Assembly: GCA_045111995.1 (NCBI GenBank)
Contig: JBGUHI010000034.1
Span: 66,308-130,307 of the forward strand
Length of the DNA: 64,000 nucleotides
Reading direction: 5' to 3'
From: Candidatus Limimorpha sp.
GTDB taxonomy: Bacteria; Bacteroidota; Bacteroidia; Bacteroidales; F082
Below the pieces are notes generated by a model. That model searched no databases. It had not been told where the DNA came from and saw only the letters and a list, made by a program, of their open reading frames with translations. A program made the position numbers and the translations under genes. The first letter of the stretch is position 1, and every line of letters starts with the position of its first letter. This document shows, in pieces, positions 1 through 9,064 of the stretch.

Positions 1-642
1 GCTGATGCCGTCTTGGATGTAACTCAATTCCGCACCAATCCATGTGGTGACGAAAGCCACCGCCACTACGGGTGCTGAGGTGGAATCGACGATATACGAC
101 AGTTTCTCGCGCGAAATCCTCAACTTGTCGGCTATAGGTCGCATAGTGTTGCCCACAACGAGCGTGTTGGAATAGTCGTCGAAGAAGATGCAAAGATCCA
201 TCAGGAAGGTCATCAGTTGGCCCGAACGAGGCCCTTTGGCACGGCGCGAGAGCCAATTCACCACTCCCTGCATCCCGCCGTTGGCAGTGACGACACGCAC
301 CATGCCGCCTATGACCATGGTGAATACGATGATGAGCACATGGTCGGCATCGAACAGCGAACCGACGATATAGGTGTCGACAACCCTTAGAGTCCCACCA
401 AGCAAGGCATTGGCCGGACTTTGCCCCGCATACAGCGCCATGATGAAGGCACCTGTCAGGATGCCGACGAAAAGCGACGACAGCACTTCTTTTATCAACA
501 GGGCCATCACGATGGCGACCAAAGGCGGCAGGACCGACATCCACAAGGGCATCGGGCCTTCGACCGGGCCGAGCGCATAGAGCGAGGCCATGCCCGACAC
601 GAGCACAGCCGCAACGGCCAGCCAACTCCATTTTTTCCTCAT
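1..642 (-). CDS. Na+/H+ antiporter, NhaC family (N-terminal 214 codons; the rest lies beyond the window start)
   Basis: Not in the ORF track because there is no stop in the window. My reverse translation from the ATG at 642..640 reads MRKKWSWLAVAAVLVSGMASLYALGP...MDLCIFFDDYSNTLVVGNTMRPIADKLRISREKLSYIVDSTSAPV. It is hydrophobic and multi-TM. The FFDDYxNTLxVG block is typical of NhaC-type antiporters. Confidence 0.65.
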   Translation of the reverse strand, partial: MRKKWSWLAVAAVLVSGMASLYALGPVEGPMPLWMSVLPPLVAIVMALLIKEVLSSLFVGILTGAFIMALYAGQSPANALLGGTLRVVDTYIVGSLFDADHVLIIVFTMVIGGMVRVVTANGGMQGVVNWLSRRAKGPRSGQLMTFLMDLCIFFDDYSNTLVVGNTMRPIADKLRISREKLSYIVDSTSAPVVAVAFVTTWIGAELSYIQDGIS

Positions 643-725
643 GGCGGACTAAGGCTAAAACAGTTATCGGATAAAACAAGAACGACCATTGCTGGTCGTT
701 CCGTCTTGATTTACAAATGTTGTCA

Positions 726-1061
726 TCAAGCTTCCGTCATGTCGACGATTGCGGCCTCGGGGGCGTTGCGCTTCACCGAAGCAATGCCGTTTCTCATGGT
801 GGCATCGCTGGCATACATCTGGCTGGTGCCGATGATCTGGCCGTTGGTGGCCATCAGGTTGAAGTATGGCTTGCCGTTGGAAGCCACCTTGCAATCGAAG
901 CGTTTGTCCTCTTGACTGTTCTTCTTGACGGATTCGACACCGTTGAGGCAAGTGGCCTTGGTGGCGTAGCCCTGGCTAGTGAGGATGACTTGGCCGTTGG
1001 TGGCCTTAAGGTTGAACTGGAACTCGCCGTTCTTCCTGGTTGTGATTTCAAACTTACCCAT
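726..1061 (-). CDS. YegP (UPF0339/DUF1508) family protein
   Basis: Two tandem ~50-aa repeats (FEITTRKNGEFQFNLKATNGQVILTSQGY / FDCKVASNGKPYFNLMATNGQIIGTSQMY) characteristic of YegP. The track ORF starts at 1070 (MIIMGKF); MGKFEI at 1061 is the more typical start. Confidence 0.8.
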   Translation of the reverse strand: MGKFEITTRKNGEFQFNLKATNGQVILTSQGYATKATCLNGVESVKKNSQEDKRFDCKVASNGKPYFNLMATNGQIIGTSQMYASDATMRNGIASVKRNAPEAAIVDMTEA

Positions 1062-1092
1062 AATTATCACTTTTTGAGGTTGGTTTAGGCCG

Positions 1093-1100
1093 CAAATATA
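1093..1100 (-). promoter_or_regulatory. Bacteroidota -7 box (TAnnTTTG; 'caaatata' on the + strand)
   Basis: Exact match to the TAnnTTTG consensus, 22-31 nt upstream of the YegP start. Confidence 0.45.
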
Positions 1101-1136
1101 CGTTTTTTTTCACTTTGGCTAGAAAAAAGGATTTTT

Positions 1137-1862
1137 TTATTGCAATCGCGCCAAAAGCACGTCACGGTAGCTGGCACCGACGGGCACTTTGTTGCCTGCC
1201 ACGGTCACATCGCTTTTGTCAAGGTCCAGGATGTGCTTGAACGAGACGATGTACGACTTGTGGACTCGGATGAATTTATCCTTTGGAAGTATCTCCTCAA
1301 GGTCCTTAAGGGCGAACAGGGCCGTGATGCGGCGTTGGGTGGTGTGGAACGTCACATACTCGTGCTGCCCCTCGATGAAAAGCAGGTCGTCGTAGTTGAT
1401 CTTATAAAGCTTGTAGTCGGCCTTCACCGTGATGAAATCGTTCGACTTGCTGATGGTGTCGGCGGCGGTTTTCCGGTGGCTCGCCACCTTGGGCTGCTCG
1501 GTGCCGATAGCCTTGTTGATGGCCTGTATGAAACGCGGGAAGTCGAAAGGCTTGAGCAGATAATCGACCACCGAAAGGTTGAAGGCGTCAACAGCATACT
1601 CCGAATAGGCCGTGGTGAAGATGGTCGCAGGCTTTTGTTCGAGGCTCCCCACCAACTCAAGGCCCGTCAGATCGGGCATCTGGATGTCAAGAAACATGAT
1701 GTCGACCTGGTAGTCGTTGAGGGCATTCATGGCTTCTATGGCATTAGAGCATGTGGCCACCAGTTGCAGCGACTCCACTTTCGAGACATAGTCCTGCAAA
1801 AGCTTCCGCGCCAGGTATTCGTCGTCCACAATAATCACGTTGTATTTGTCTTTCGTACTCAT
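1137..1862 (-). CDS. LytTR-family response regulator (REC + LytTR DNA-binding domain)
   Basis: N-terminal receiver (IIVDDE...DIMFLDIQMPDLTGLEL...TTAY) and C-terminal LytTR (IEGQHEYVTFHT...IRVHKSYIV). Its start overlaps the upstream kinase stop by 4 nt. Confidence 0.9.
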   Translation of the reverse strand: MSTKDKYNVIIVDDEYLARKLLQDYVSKVESLQLVATCSNAIEAMNALNDYQVDIMFLDIQMPDLTGLELVGSLEQKPATIFTTAYSEYAVDAFNLSVVDYLLKPFDFPRFIQAINKAIGTEQPKVASHRKTAADTISKSNDFITVKADYKLYKINYDDLLFIEGQHEYVTFHTTQRRITALFALKDLEEILPKDKFIRVHKSYIVSFKHILDLDKSDVTVAGNKVPVGASYRDVLLARLQ

Positions 1863-2932
1863 AACTCTATCTTGACTTTGTAAATATCATTATCTTGCTG
1901 AATGTCAAACCTATAATTACATCCATAATGCAGCATGAGACGCTGCTGTACGTTGGCCTGCCCAATACTCGACTTCTTTTCCTCGACACCGATGCCAACG
2001 ACAGGGATGACGTTGTGGGCGATGGTATTGTGGGCTTCAAAACGGAACGTGTTGCCTTTCTGGAATATCCCGATATACACATACCCTTCGGGATGGGTCT
2101 CCAAACGGCTGTATTTGAAACAGTTCTCGATGATGGGCTGCAACAGCATGGGAACTATCATAAAATCCTCCTTTTCGACCTCTTGCTCAAACACCACGTC
2201 ACTCTTGCCAGCCATGCGCATCATCTGGAAATCGATAAAGTTCTCGATGTATTTGATCTCCTTCCCCAAAGGGATTGTCTCAGCCTGACAGTCGACGAGC
2301 ACGTAACGTAGCATCTCGGAGAGTTTCAACACGCCGTCAGCAGCATTGTCATCATGGGTGTAAACCATTGAGTATATGTTGTTTAGCGCATTGAAAAGGA
2401 AATGCGGGTTGATCTGCGACTTCAGGTAGCGCAGCTCCATGTCGAGTTTCTCGCTTTTCAATCTGTCAGAGATGATTTTTTCCTCGTTCTCCTTGCGTTG
2501 GTAATAGAAGATCACGACGAGGGCATAGGTAGTGAGAAACCAGACCAGACGCACCATGAAGGTGACCAAAACCGAAGGGAAGCCGAATATCTCATCCAGC
2601 GGCTTTTTCGTTATGAAATAAAGCAGAAACCCGTCAATCGCAGTGAAGGCCACGGCCCAAAAAGGGATGGTCAGGAGAGAGAGCAGAATGAACAGCACCA
2701 CCCTACCCTTTTTCAGCAAATGCTCAATCAGCACATTGTTGGTAAAGACAACCAGCAAATAGGCCACGCCCACGAATCCCAACGAACTGGCCGCCCTGAA
2801 GAGATAGTCGCCGTTGGAATGAACCATGAAGAAGATGATGAACAATACAATCCAAACCACGCCGTATTTATATAGGCGTTCGAGCAAGCCCAGATTGGCC
2901 GGCGACAAGGTTGGCAACGTCCGTTTTTTCAT
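1859..2932 (-). CDS. Sensor histidine kinase, LytS/YehU-like (His_kinase + HATPase)
   Basis: Multi-TM N-terminus, then LKSQINPHFLFNALNNI (His_kinase family motif) and a C-terminal ATPase region. The track ORF extends to 3016; MKKRTLPTL at 2932 sits 16 nt downstream of a -7 box and is the likelier start. Confidence 0.85.
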   Translation of the reverse strand: MKKRTLPTLSPANLGLLERLYKYGVVWIVLFIIFFMVHSNGDYLFRAASSLGFVGVAYLLVVFTNNVLIEHLLKKGRVVLFILLSLLTIPFWAVAFTAIDGFLLYFITKKPLDEIFGFPSVLVTFMVRLVWFLTTYALVVIFYYQRKENEEKIISDRLKSEKLDMELRYLKSQINPHFLFNALNNIYSMVYTHDDNAADGVLKLSEMLRYVLVDCQAETIPLGKEIKYIENFIDFQMMRMAGKSDVVFEQEVEKEDFMIVPMLLQPIIENCFKYSRLETHPEGYVYIGIFQKGNTFRFEAHNTIAHNVIPVVGIGVEEKKSSIGQANVQQRLMLHYGCNYRFDIQQDNDIYKVKIEL

Positions 2933-2948
2933 TTCTTCTAATTTGATG

Positions 2949-2956
2949 CAAATATA
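2949..2956 (-). promoter_or_regulatory. Bacteroidota -7 box for the kinase/LytTR operon
   Basis: 'caaatata' on the + strand equals TATATTTG on the - strand. Exact TAnnTTTG match. Confidence 0.45.
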
Positions 2957-3181
2957 GGACGAATCCCGAAAACGGCAATCCCTTTTCGACGAAAAACGCA
3001 AAAAAAGTCGGCACAAAGGGAATTGTCGGCAACTCCAATTTGCATTTGTCGCCCGCAGCCAACGGTTTTTATTGACCTATTACAAAACATTTATTTAAGA
3101 AATCCCCCAATAATGGAACATTTTTCGGTGAACGAACAAAATATTTCGTTGAAATCTGCGTCTTACACCATGCAATTTTAC

Positions 3182-3189
3182 TACTTTTG
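3182..3189 (+). promoter_or_regulatory. Bacteroidota -7 box for the efflux operon
   Basis: 'tacttttg' matches TAnnTTTG, 42 nt upstream of the TolC-family ATG. Confidence 0.45.
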
Positions 3190-3231
3190 CACCTCTTTAA
3201 TATATTCGTCAACAATTGAAAGAAAGAATAA

Positions 3232-4539
3232 ATGAAGAAACTGATTTTTAATGCTTTAGTTTTTACAGCAGCGTTTTTCATCCCCATTCTTGGACTGGCG
3301 CAAGAGCCTTTGCAACTTACGCTTGACCAGGCCTTGGAGATTGCGCTTTCGGAGAGCAACACCATCAAAATCGCGGACATGACCGTGGAAAAGACAGGCT
3401 ATGCGCAAAAAGGCAGCTATGCCGCGCTTTATCCGAATGTGAGCATCAACGGCTCGTATCAGCGCACCTTGCAGAAGCAGGTGATGGTGATGGACATGGG
3501 CGGCCAGCCGATGGAAATCAAGGTGGGCCGCGACAACAACATCAGCACCTCGGCCTCGGCCAGTATGCCTTTGGTGAACGCCCCGCTTTGGGAGAGCCTG
3601 AAACTGTCGGGCATGGATGTGGAACTCGCTGTGGAACAAGCCCGTTCATCGAAAATTGGGATGATCAAGCAGGTGAAGCAGGCTTTCTATGCCGTGCTGC
3701 TCGCCCAAAAGTCACATGACATGATGTCGCAAGTCTATGAGAACGCCCAAAAGAACTACGAGAAGACCGAACAGCGTTTCAACGTGGGCAAGGCCTCCGA
3801 AGTGGAACGCCTGCGCGCACAAGTGACAATGATGAACGCCGAACCGAATGTTTCGAGCGCGGAAAACGCGGTTTTGCTGGCCACATGGCAGCTGAAAGCC
3901 GTCATGGGCATCGACCTCGGCACCGAAATCGAGGTGGTCGGCGACCTGAATGACTACACCAACGAAATGCTCGCGCCTTTCGCCTCAGAAGACAACCTCG
4001 ACGGCAACAGCACTCTGCAACAACTTGACATCCAGAGCCGTATGCTCGAATCGACCATTCGGATGCAGAAGAAACAATACCTGCCGACACTCGCCGCGAG
4101 CATCAACTACAACTACAGCGCGATGGGCGACGACCAACTGAGCTGGTTCCCTTCCTCGACCGCCGCCTTGAGCCTCACCGTCCCCGTTTTCGACGGTTTC
4201 CAGAAACGCTACAACATCAAGCAGAGCAAGGTGACCAAGAACATGCTCGAACTGCAACGCGAGGACACGGAACGCAACCTGCGCATCGCCATCCGCAACT
4301 ACAACGACCAGATGGCGCTGTGTGTGACGAACTTCAAAGCCGCCAACAAGACGGTGGAAGCCGCCGAGAAAAGCTACCAAATCTCGGAAAAGATGTACGA
4401 AGTCGGAAAGACAACCTTGGTTGAACTGAACGACGCGCAACTGGCTTTGCAACAGGCGCAACTCAACCAAGCCCAAGCCGTTTACAACTTCATCGTGGCC
4501 AAAGCCTCGTTGGATGAATTAATTGGAAAAGAAGAATAA
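3232..4539 (+). CDS. TolC-family outer-membrane efflux protein
   Basis: Signal peptide, then LTLDQALEIALSESNTIK and two OEP-type repeats. First gene of an efflux operon. Confidence 0.9.
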   Translation: MKKLIFNALVFTAAFFIPILGLAQEPLQLTLDQALEIALSESNTIKIADMTVEKTGYAQKGSYAALYPNVSINGSYQRTLQKQVMVMDMGGQPMEIKVGRDNNISTSASASMPLVNAPLWESLKLSGMDVELAVEQARSSKIGMIKQVKQAFYAVLLAQKSHDMMSQVYENAQKNYEKTEQRFNVGKASEVERLRAQVTMMNAEPNVSSAENAVLLATWQLKAVMGIDLGTEIEVVGDLNDYTNEMLAPFASEDNLDGNSTLQQLDIQSRMLESTIRMQKKQYLPTLAASINYNYSAMGDDQLSWFPSSTAALSLTVPVFDGFQKRYNIKQSKVTKNMLELQREDTERNLRIAIRNYNDQMALCVTNFKAANKTVEAAEKSYQISEKMYEVGKTTLVELNDAQLALQQAQLNQAQAVYNFIVAKASLDELIGKEE

Positions 4540-4542
4540 GGC

Positions 4543-4694
4543 TATCAGCTGTCAGCTATCAGCCATCAGCCATCAGCAGTCAGCTGTCAGCTGTCAGCTA
4601 TCAGCTGAGTTGTTGCAAGCTGAAAGCTGATTGCTAAAAGCTAAAAGCTAATTGCTGAAAGCTGATTGCTGAAAGCTAAAAGCTAAAAGCTAAA
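4543..4694. repeat. Two-armed inverted heptanucleotide array (9 x NNTCAGC, 12-nt spacer, 11 x WGCTRAW)
   Basis: 4543-4605 is 9 exact 7-nt units ending in TCAGC. 4618-4694 is 11 units of agctgaa/agctaaa/tgctgaa, i.e. the complement family. The innermost units pair tcagct/agctga. Confidence 0.95.
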
Positions 4695-4716
4695 TAAGAA
4701 AACAAACTACAAATCA

Positions 4717-5745
4717 ATGAAATACAACAGACTAACCCTCATCACTCTCGCCGCTGCCCTGCTGATGACGGCTTGCGGCTCGAAAGACAGCTCAACCACC
4801 ACGACGACCCAACCAGCCGCACAAACTGCGCCCGTGGTCAGCGTCGTCACGGCACAGACCGAAGACGTGGATGTCACCAACACTTTCACCTCCAACGTGG
4901 AGCCTTTTGTCACGAACAACATCGCATCGCAGACGGCAGGCCGCATCGCGAGCATCAACGTGGAAGTGGGCAGCAATGTCCGCAAAGGACAACTGTTGGC
5001 CCGCATGGACGACGTGAACCTCGCCAAGACGCGGATGCAGTACGTCAACGACTCGACGGAACTGGCGCGCCTCACCGAGCTTTACAACATCGGCGCCATC
5101 GCGCAATCGGACTACGACATGGCCCGGCTCGCTTTGAACGTAACGAAAAAGACCTACCAGAACTTGGCCGAGAACACCTACCTCCGCAGCCCCATCAACG
5201 GTGTGGTGACCGCCCGCAACTACGACAAGGGCGACATGTACAGCATGGCCCAGCCCATCTTCGTGGTCGAGCAAATCACGCCCGTGAAGATGTTGGTCAA
5301 CGTTTCCGAGAGCCTGTTCACGCAAGTCCACGAAGGCATGGAGTTCGACATCACCGTGGACGCCTACCCGAATGAGGTCTTCAAAGGCAAGGTGAACCTG
5401 CTCTACCCCACCATCAATGCGGCCACGCACACCTTCCCCGTCGAGGTCATTTGTGAGAACAAGGACCAGAGGCTGCGTCCCGGCATGTTTGCCCGCGTGA
5501 CGGCCAACTTCGGCACCAACCACCATGTCGTGGTCCCCGATGTCGCCGTAGTCAAGCAGCAAGGCTCGGGCGAGCATTTCATCTATGTGCTCAACGCCGA
5601 CAACACCGTGACTTACACAAAGGTGGAACTTGGTCGCCGCTTGGGCAGCCGATACGAAATCCTCTCCGGCATCAACGAGGGCGACAGGATTGTCACCGAG
5701 GGACAAGTTAGACTGAAGAATGGAGTAAGTGTAACTGTTAAATGA
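4717..5745 (+). CDS. Efflux RND transporter periplasmic adaptor (MFP/HlyD family) lipoprotein
   Basis: Lipobox LLMTAC, an alpha-hairpin/barrel-sandwich-like sequence, and a position between TolC and the RND pump. Confidence 0.9.
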   Translation: MKYNRLTLITLAAALLMTACGSKDSSTTTTTQPAAQTAPVVSVVTAQTEDVDVTNTFTSNVEPFVTNNIASQTAGRIASINVEVGSNVRKGQLLARMDDVNLAKTRMQYVNDSTELARLTELYNIGAIAQSDYDMARLALNVTKKTYQNLAENTYLRSPINGVVTARNYDKGDMYSMAQPIFVVEQITPVKMLVNVSESLFTQVHEGMEFDITVDAYPNEVFKGKVNLLYPTINAATHTFPVEVICENKDQRLRPGMFARVTANFGTNHHVVVPDVAVVKQQGSGEHFIYVLNADNTVTYTKVELGRRLGSRYEILSGINEGDRIVTEGQVRLKNGVSVTVK

Positions 5746-5754
5746 CACGCTTTG

Positions 5755-5827
5755 CGTCATTGCGAGGAACGAAGCAATCCAGACCAAGCGCTAATTTCTG
5801 GATTGCCGCGCTCCGCTCGCAATGACG
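5755..5827. repeat. Nested palindromic REP/MITE-like element
   Basis: The outer 12-bp perfect inverted repeat is cgtcattgcgag (5755-5766) / ctcgcaatgacg (5816-5827). The inner 10-bp inverted repeat is gcaatccaga (5774-5783) / tctggattgc (5797-5806). Confidence 0.85.
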
Positions 5828-5856
5828 ACACTAAATAGAAAAACGAACAATAGAAT

Positions 5857-8800
5857 ATGAGTCTACAACGAACATCAGTCAATAATCCGGTGACGACTGC
5901 CTTGATTTTCGTCGCCATCGCCATTTTCGGCATTTTCTCCCTGATGAAGCTCTCCATCAACCAGTTACCCAACATGGAGACCAACTTCATCATGGTGATG
6001 ACGTCCTATCCGGGAGCCAGTGCCGCCGATATTGAAACCAACATCTCCAAGACTTTGGAGAACACCCTGAATGCCGTCCCCGACCTGAAGCACCTTTCCT
6101 CCACTTCGCGTGAAAACACTTCGGTGCTTTCTTTGGAGTTTGAAAGCGGCATCGACATTGAAACTGCCACCAACAACGTGCGCGACAAAATCGACATCGT
6201 CAGGAACTACCTGCCCGACGGCGCGACCAACCCCGTGCTGTTCAAGTTCAACGCCGAGGACATGCCCATCATGCTCCTCAGCGTGACGGCAGAAGAAAGT
6301 TTGCCCGCTTTGGACAAGATCATCGAGGACCGCGTCACCACGCCTTTGGCGCGTGTGAGCGGCGTGGGCACGGTGTCGGCCAACGGTGCCCCGAAGCGCG
6401 AAATTCAAGTTTATGTGGATCCTAACAAACTGGAAGCCTACAACTTAACCCTTGAAAGCATCTCCAATACCTTGGCTACCGAAAACCGCAATGTGCCCGC
6501 CGGTTACATCGACATCGGCTCGAACAGTTACAGTTTGCGTATCCAAAAAGAGTTCACCTCGGCCAAGGAAATGGAAAACGTTATCGTCGGGTCACGCGGC
6601 ACCGCACCTATTTATTTGCGCGACGTGGCCACGGTTAGGGACGGTTCGGAGGAACGTATTCAGGAGTCGTACAGCAACGGTCGCCAAGGGGCCACCATCA
6701 TCATCCAAAAGCAGACCGACGCCAACGCCGTGAACGTCATCAAGGGCATCAAGAAACAGTTGAAAACCATCGAGCCGACACTGCCTTCCGACGTGAAACT
6801 GAACATCATCGTCGATGGCTCCACGTCCATCCAAAACACCATCAACAGCCTGCGCGACACCATCTTCATCACTTTCCTGTTGGTGATGTTGGTCGTGTTC
6901 GTGTTCCTCGGTCGTTGGCGCGCCACTTTCATCATCGTTTTGGCCATCCCGATTTCGCTGTTGGCTTCGTTGATTTACCTGTTTGCCACGGGCAACACGC
7001 TGAATATCATATCTATGTCGTCACTGACCATCGCCATCGGCATGGTCGTGGACGACGCCATTGTGGTGTTGGAAAACATCACCACGCACATCGAGCGAGG
7101 CTCGAAGCCCAAGGAGGCCGCCGTTCACGCCACCCAAGAGGTGCAGCTTTCGGTTATCGCATCCACTTTAACCATGTTGGCGGTGTTCCTGCCTTTGACC
7201 ATGATTAAAGGAACTACTGGCGTGATGTTCAAACAGTTGGGTTGGATTGTGTCCATCATTATGATTGTCTCCACCATTGGTGCACTGACATTGGTGCCGA
7301 TGATGTGCTCCAAAATGCTCGTGAAAAACCCACACGAAAGCAAGTTCCACAAGGCCATCTTCCGCCCCATCAACAAGGCTTTGGACACCATCAGCAACGG
7401 TTACGCCCGACTCATCAATTGGACCGTAAACCACCGTAAAGTGGTCATTTTCGGAATGTTAGCGCTTTTCATTTCGTCCGTTGCCTTCCTTGCCCCAACC
7501 TTGAAAACAGAAATGTTTCCGAAAATGGACGAAGGCCGCTTGAGCATCAACATCGAACTGCCGACGGGCACGGGACAAAACGTGACGGGTGCCCTTGCCA
7601 AGAGCCTTGCCGAGGACTTCATGGCCATCCCCGAAGTGAAGATTTGTAACTACAGTTTCGGCCAAGCCGACTCCGACAACGCCTTCGCCTCGATGCGAAA
7701 CAACGGAACGCACATCATGTCGTTCAACCTGCGCCTCGGCACCAAGACCGAGCGTCGAAAGGCGGGCTTGCGCAAGACCAGCGAAGTGGCCGACGAGATC
7801 CGCGCCAAACTCAACGCCATGCCTGAAATCAAGAAAGCCAACGTCAATGAAGGCGGTGGCGGCATGGGCGGCATGAGTACCGTTCAAGTGGAAGTTTACG
7901 GCTACGATTTTACCACCACCGACCGTGTGGCCAACGACATCGCACAAAAGCTTCGCGACCGTGGCATACTGCAAGTCATTGTGGGTCGCGACGAATACAC
8001 GCCTGAGTATCAGGTGGATTTCAACCGTGAAAAACTGGCCTTGAACGGTTTGAACAGCACCACGGCGGCCACTTACGTCAAGAACCGCATCAACGGCTCG
8101 GTGGGTTCATATTACCGCGAGGACGGCGAGGAGTACGACATCCGTGTGCGCTACGCTCCCGAGTTCCGCCAAAGCGTGGAAGACATCGAAAACATCAAGA
8201 TTTACAACAGTTACGGCCAACCCGTCCGGGTCGGCGACCTCGGCGAAGTGGTCGAATCGCTGACGCCACCTCAAATCCAGCGCAAAGACCGTGAACGCAT
8301 GGTCAGCGTCACCGCCGTCGTCGGCAAGGGCATGGTGCTGAGCGATGTGGTCAAGATTTGCGAGGAAGTCATCGCCGACACCGAAATCCCGTCCGAAATC
8401 ATGACCAAAATCGCCGGCGACTACGAGACCCAAAAAGAGATGTTCGGCGACCTGATCACTTTGCTCGTCCTCATCATCATCTTGGTTTACATTGTGATGT
8501 CCTCGCAGTTCGAGAATCTGATGAAGCCTTTCGTCATTATGTTTTCCGTGCCGTTCACCTTCACCGGTGTGTTGCTCGGCCTGTGGGCCACTAACACCGC
8601 CTTGGGCGCGATGGCTTTTGTCGGCATCCTGATCCTGATGGGTATCGTCGTGAAAAACGGTATCGTACTCATCGACTACACCACCCTGCTCGAAGAGCGC
8701 GGTGTGGAAGTCAAGGAAGCCACCGTGAAAGCCGCCCGCTCGCGTCTGCGCCCCATTTTGATGACTACACTGACGACAGTCTTGGGTATGATTCCCATGG

Positions 8801-8991
8801 CCATCGGTCGCGGCGAAGGCGCTGAGATGTGGAACTCCTTGGGCATCACCGTGGCCTGGGGCTTGACGGTTTCGACCTTGATTACCTTGTTGCTCATTCC
8901 GGCATTGTATTGTTCGTTGGAGACCAGAGCGGTGCGCAGAAAGAGAAGAAAAGCAGAGGAAGCTTTGACGAAGACTGAAAATATTAGATAG
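5857..8991 (+). CDS. Efflux RND transporter permease (AcrB/HAE1-like)
   Basis: 1044 aa with a 12-TM architecture and two large periplasmic loops. Typical AcrB-family blocks are present (VVDDAIVVLENI, GIVVKNGIVLIDY). Confidence 0.95.
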   Translation: MSLQRTSVNNPVTTALIFVAIAIFGIFSLMKLSINQLPNMETNFIMVMTSYPGASAADIETNISKTLENTLNAVPDLKHLSSTSRENTSVLSLEFESGIDIETATNNVRDKIDIVRNYLPDGATNPVLFKFNAEDMPIMLLSVTAEESLPALDKIIEDRVTTPLARVSGVGTVSANGAPKREIQVYVDPNKLEAYNLTLESISNTLATENRNVPAGYIDIGSNSYSLRIQKEFTSAKEMENVIVGSRGTAPIYLRDVATVRDGSEERIQESYSNGRQGATIIIQKQTDANAVNVIKGIKKQLKTIEPTLPSDVKLNIIVDGSTSIQNTINSLRDTIFITFLLVMLVVFVFLGRWRATFIIVLAIPISLLASLIYLFATGNTLNIISMSSLTIAIGMVVDDAIVVLENITTHIERGSKPKEAAVHATQEVQLSVIASTLTMLAVFLPLTMIKGTTGVMFKQLGWIVSIIMIVSTIGALTLVPMMCSKMLVKNPHESKFHKAIFRPINKALDTISNGYARLINWTVNHRKVVIFGMLALFISSVAFLAPTLKTEMFPKMDEGRLSINIELPTGTGQNVTGALAKSLAEDFMAIPEVKICNYSFGQADSDNAFASMRNNGTHIMSFNLRLGTKTERRKAGLRKTSEVADEIRAKLNAMPEIKKANVNEGGGGMGGMSTVQVEVYGYDFTTTDRVANDIAQKLRDRGILQVIVGRDEYTPEYQVDFNREKLALNGLNSTTAATYVKNRINGSVGSYYREDGEEYDIRVRYAPEFRQSVEDIENIKIYNSYGQPVRVGDLGEVVESLTPPQIQRKDRERMVSVTAVVGKGMVLSDVVKICEEVIADTEIPSEIMTKIAGDYETQKEMFGDLITLLVLIIILVYIVMSSQFENLMKPFVIMFSVPFTFTGVLLGLWATNTALGAMAFVGILILMGIVVKNGIVLIDYTTLLEERGVEVKEATVKAARSRLRPILMTTLTTVLGMIPMAIGRGEGAEMWNSLGITVAWGLTVSTLITLLLIPALYCSLETRAVRRKRRKAEEALTKTENIR

Positions 8992-8997
8992 TTATTT

Positions 8998-9041
8998 GGC
9001 TGTTAGCCGTTAGCTATTAGCTATTAGCACGGCTGACAGCC
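8998..9041. repeat. Heptamer array (AGCYRTT units) with a local hairpin, 6 nt after the RND pump stop
   Basis: The sequence reads ggctgtt agccgtt agctatt agctatt agcacgg. ggctgttagcc (8998-9008) pairs with ggctgacagcc (9031-9041) with one G-U position. Confidence 0.9.
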
Positions 9042-9064
9042 AAATTATATGCATAGAAGTTTAT

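Noticed and set aside
4792-5787. Long ORFs antisense to or out of frame with strong gene calls. Examples: 4792..5787(-), 1140..1883(+), 21883..22965(-), 45894..46754(+), 49220..50194(+), 50898..51572(-), 54770..55429(-), 56818..57672(+), 18888..19781(+).
   Set aside because: These are shadow ORFs, typical of GC-rich coding DNA. Their translations are low-complexity (R/H/G/V-rich) with no motifs, and each lies fully inside a gene with clear family signatures on the other strand or frame.
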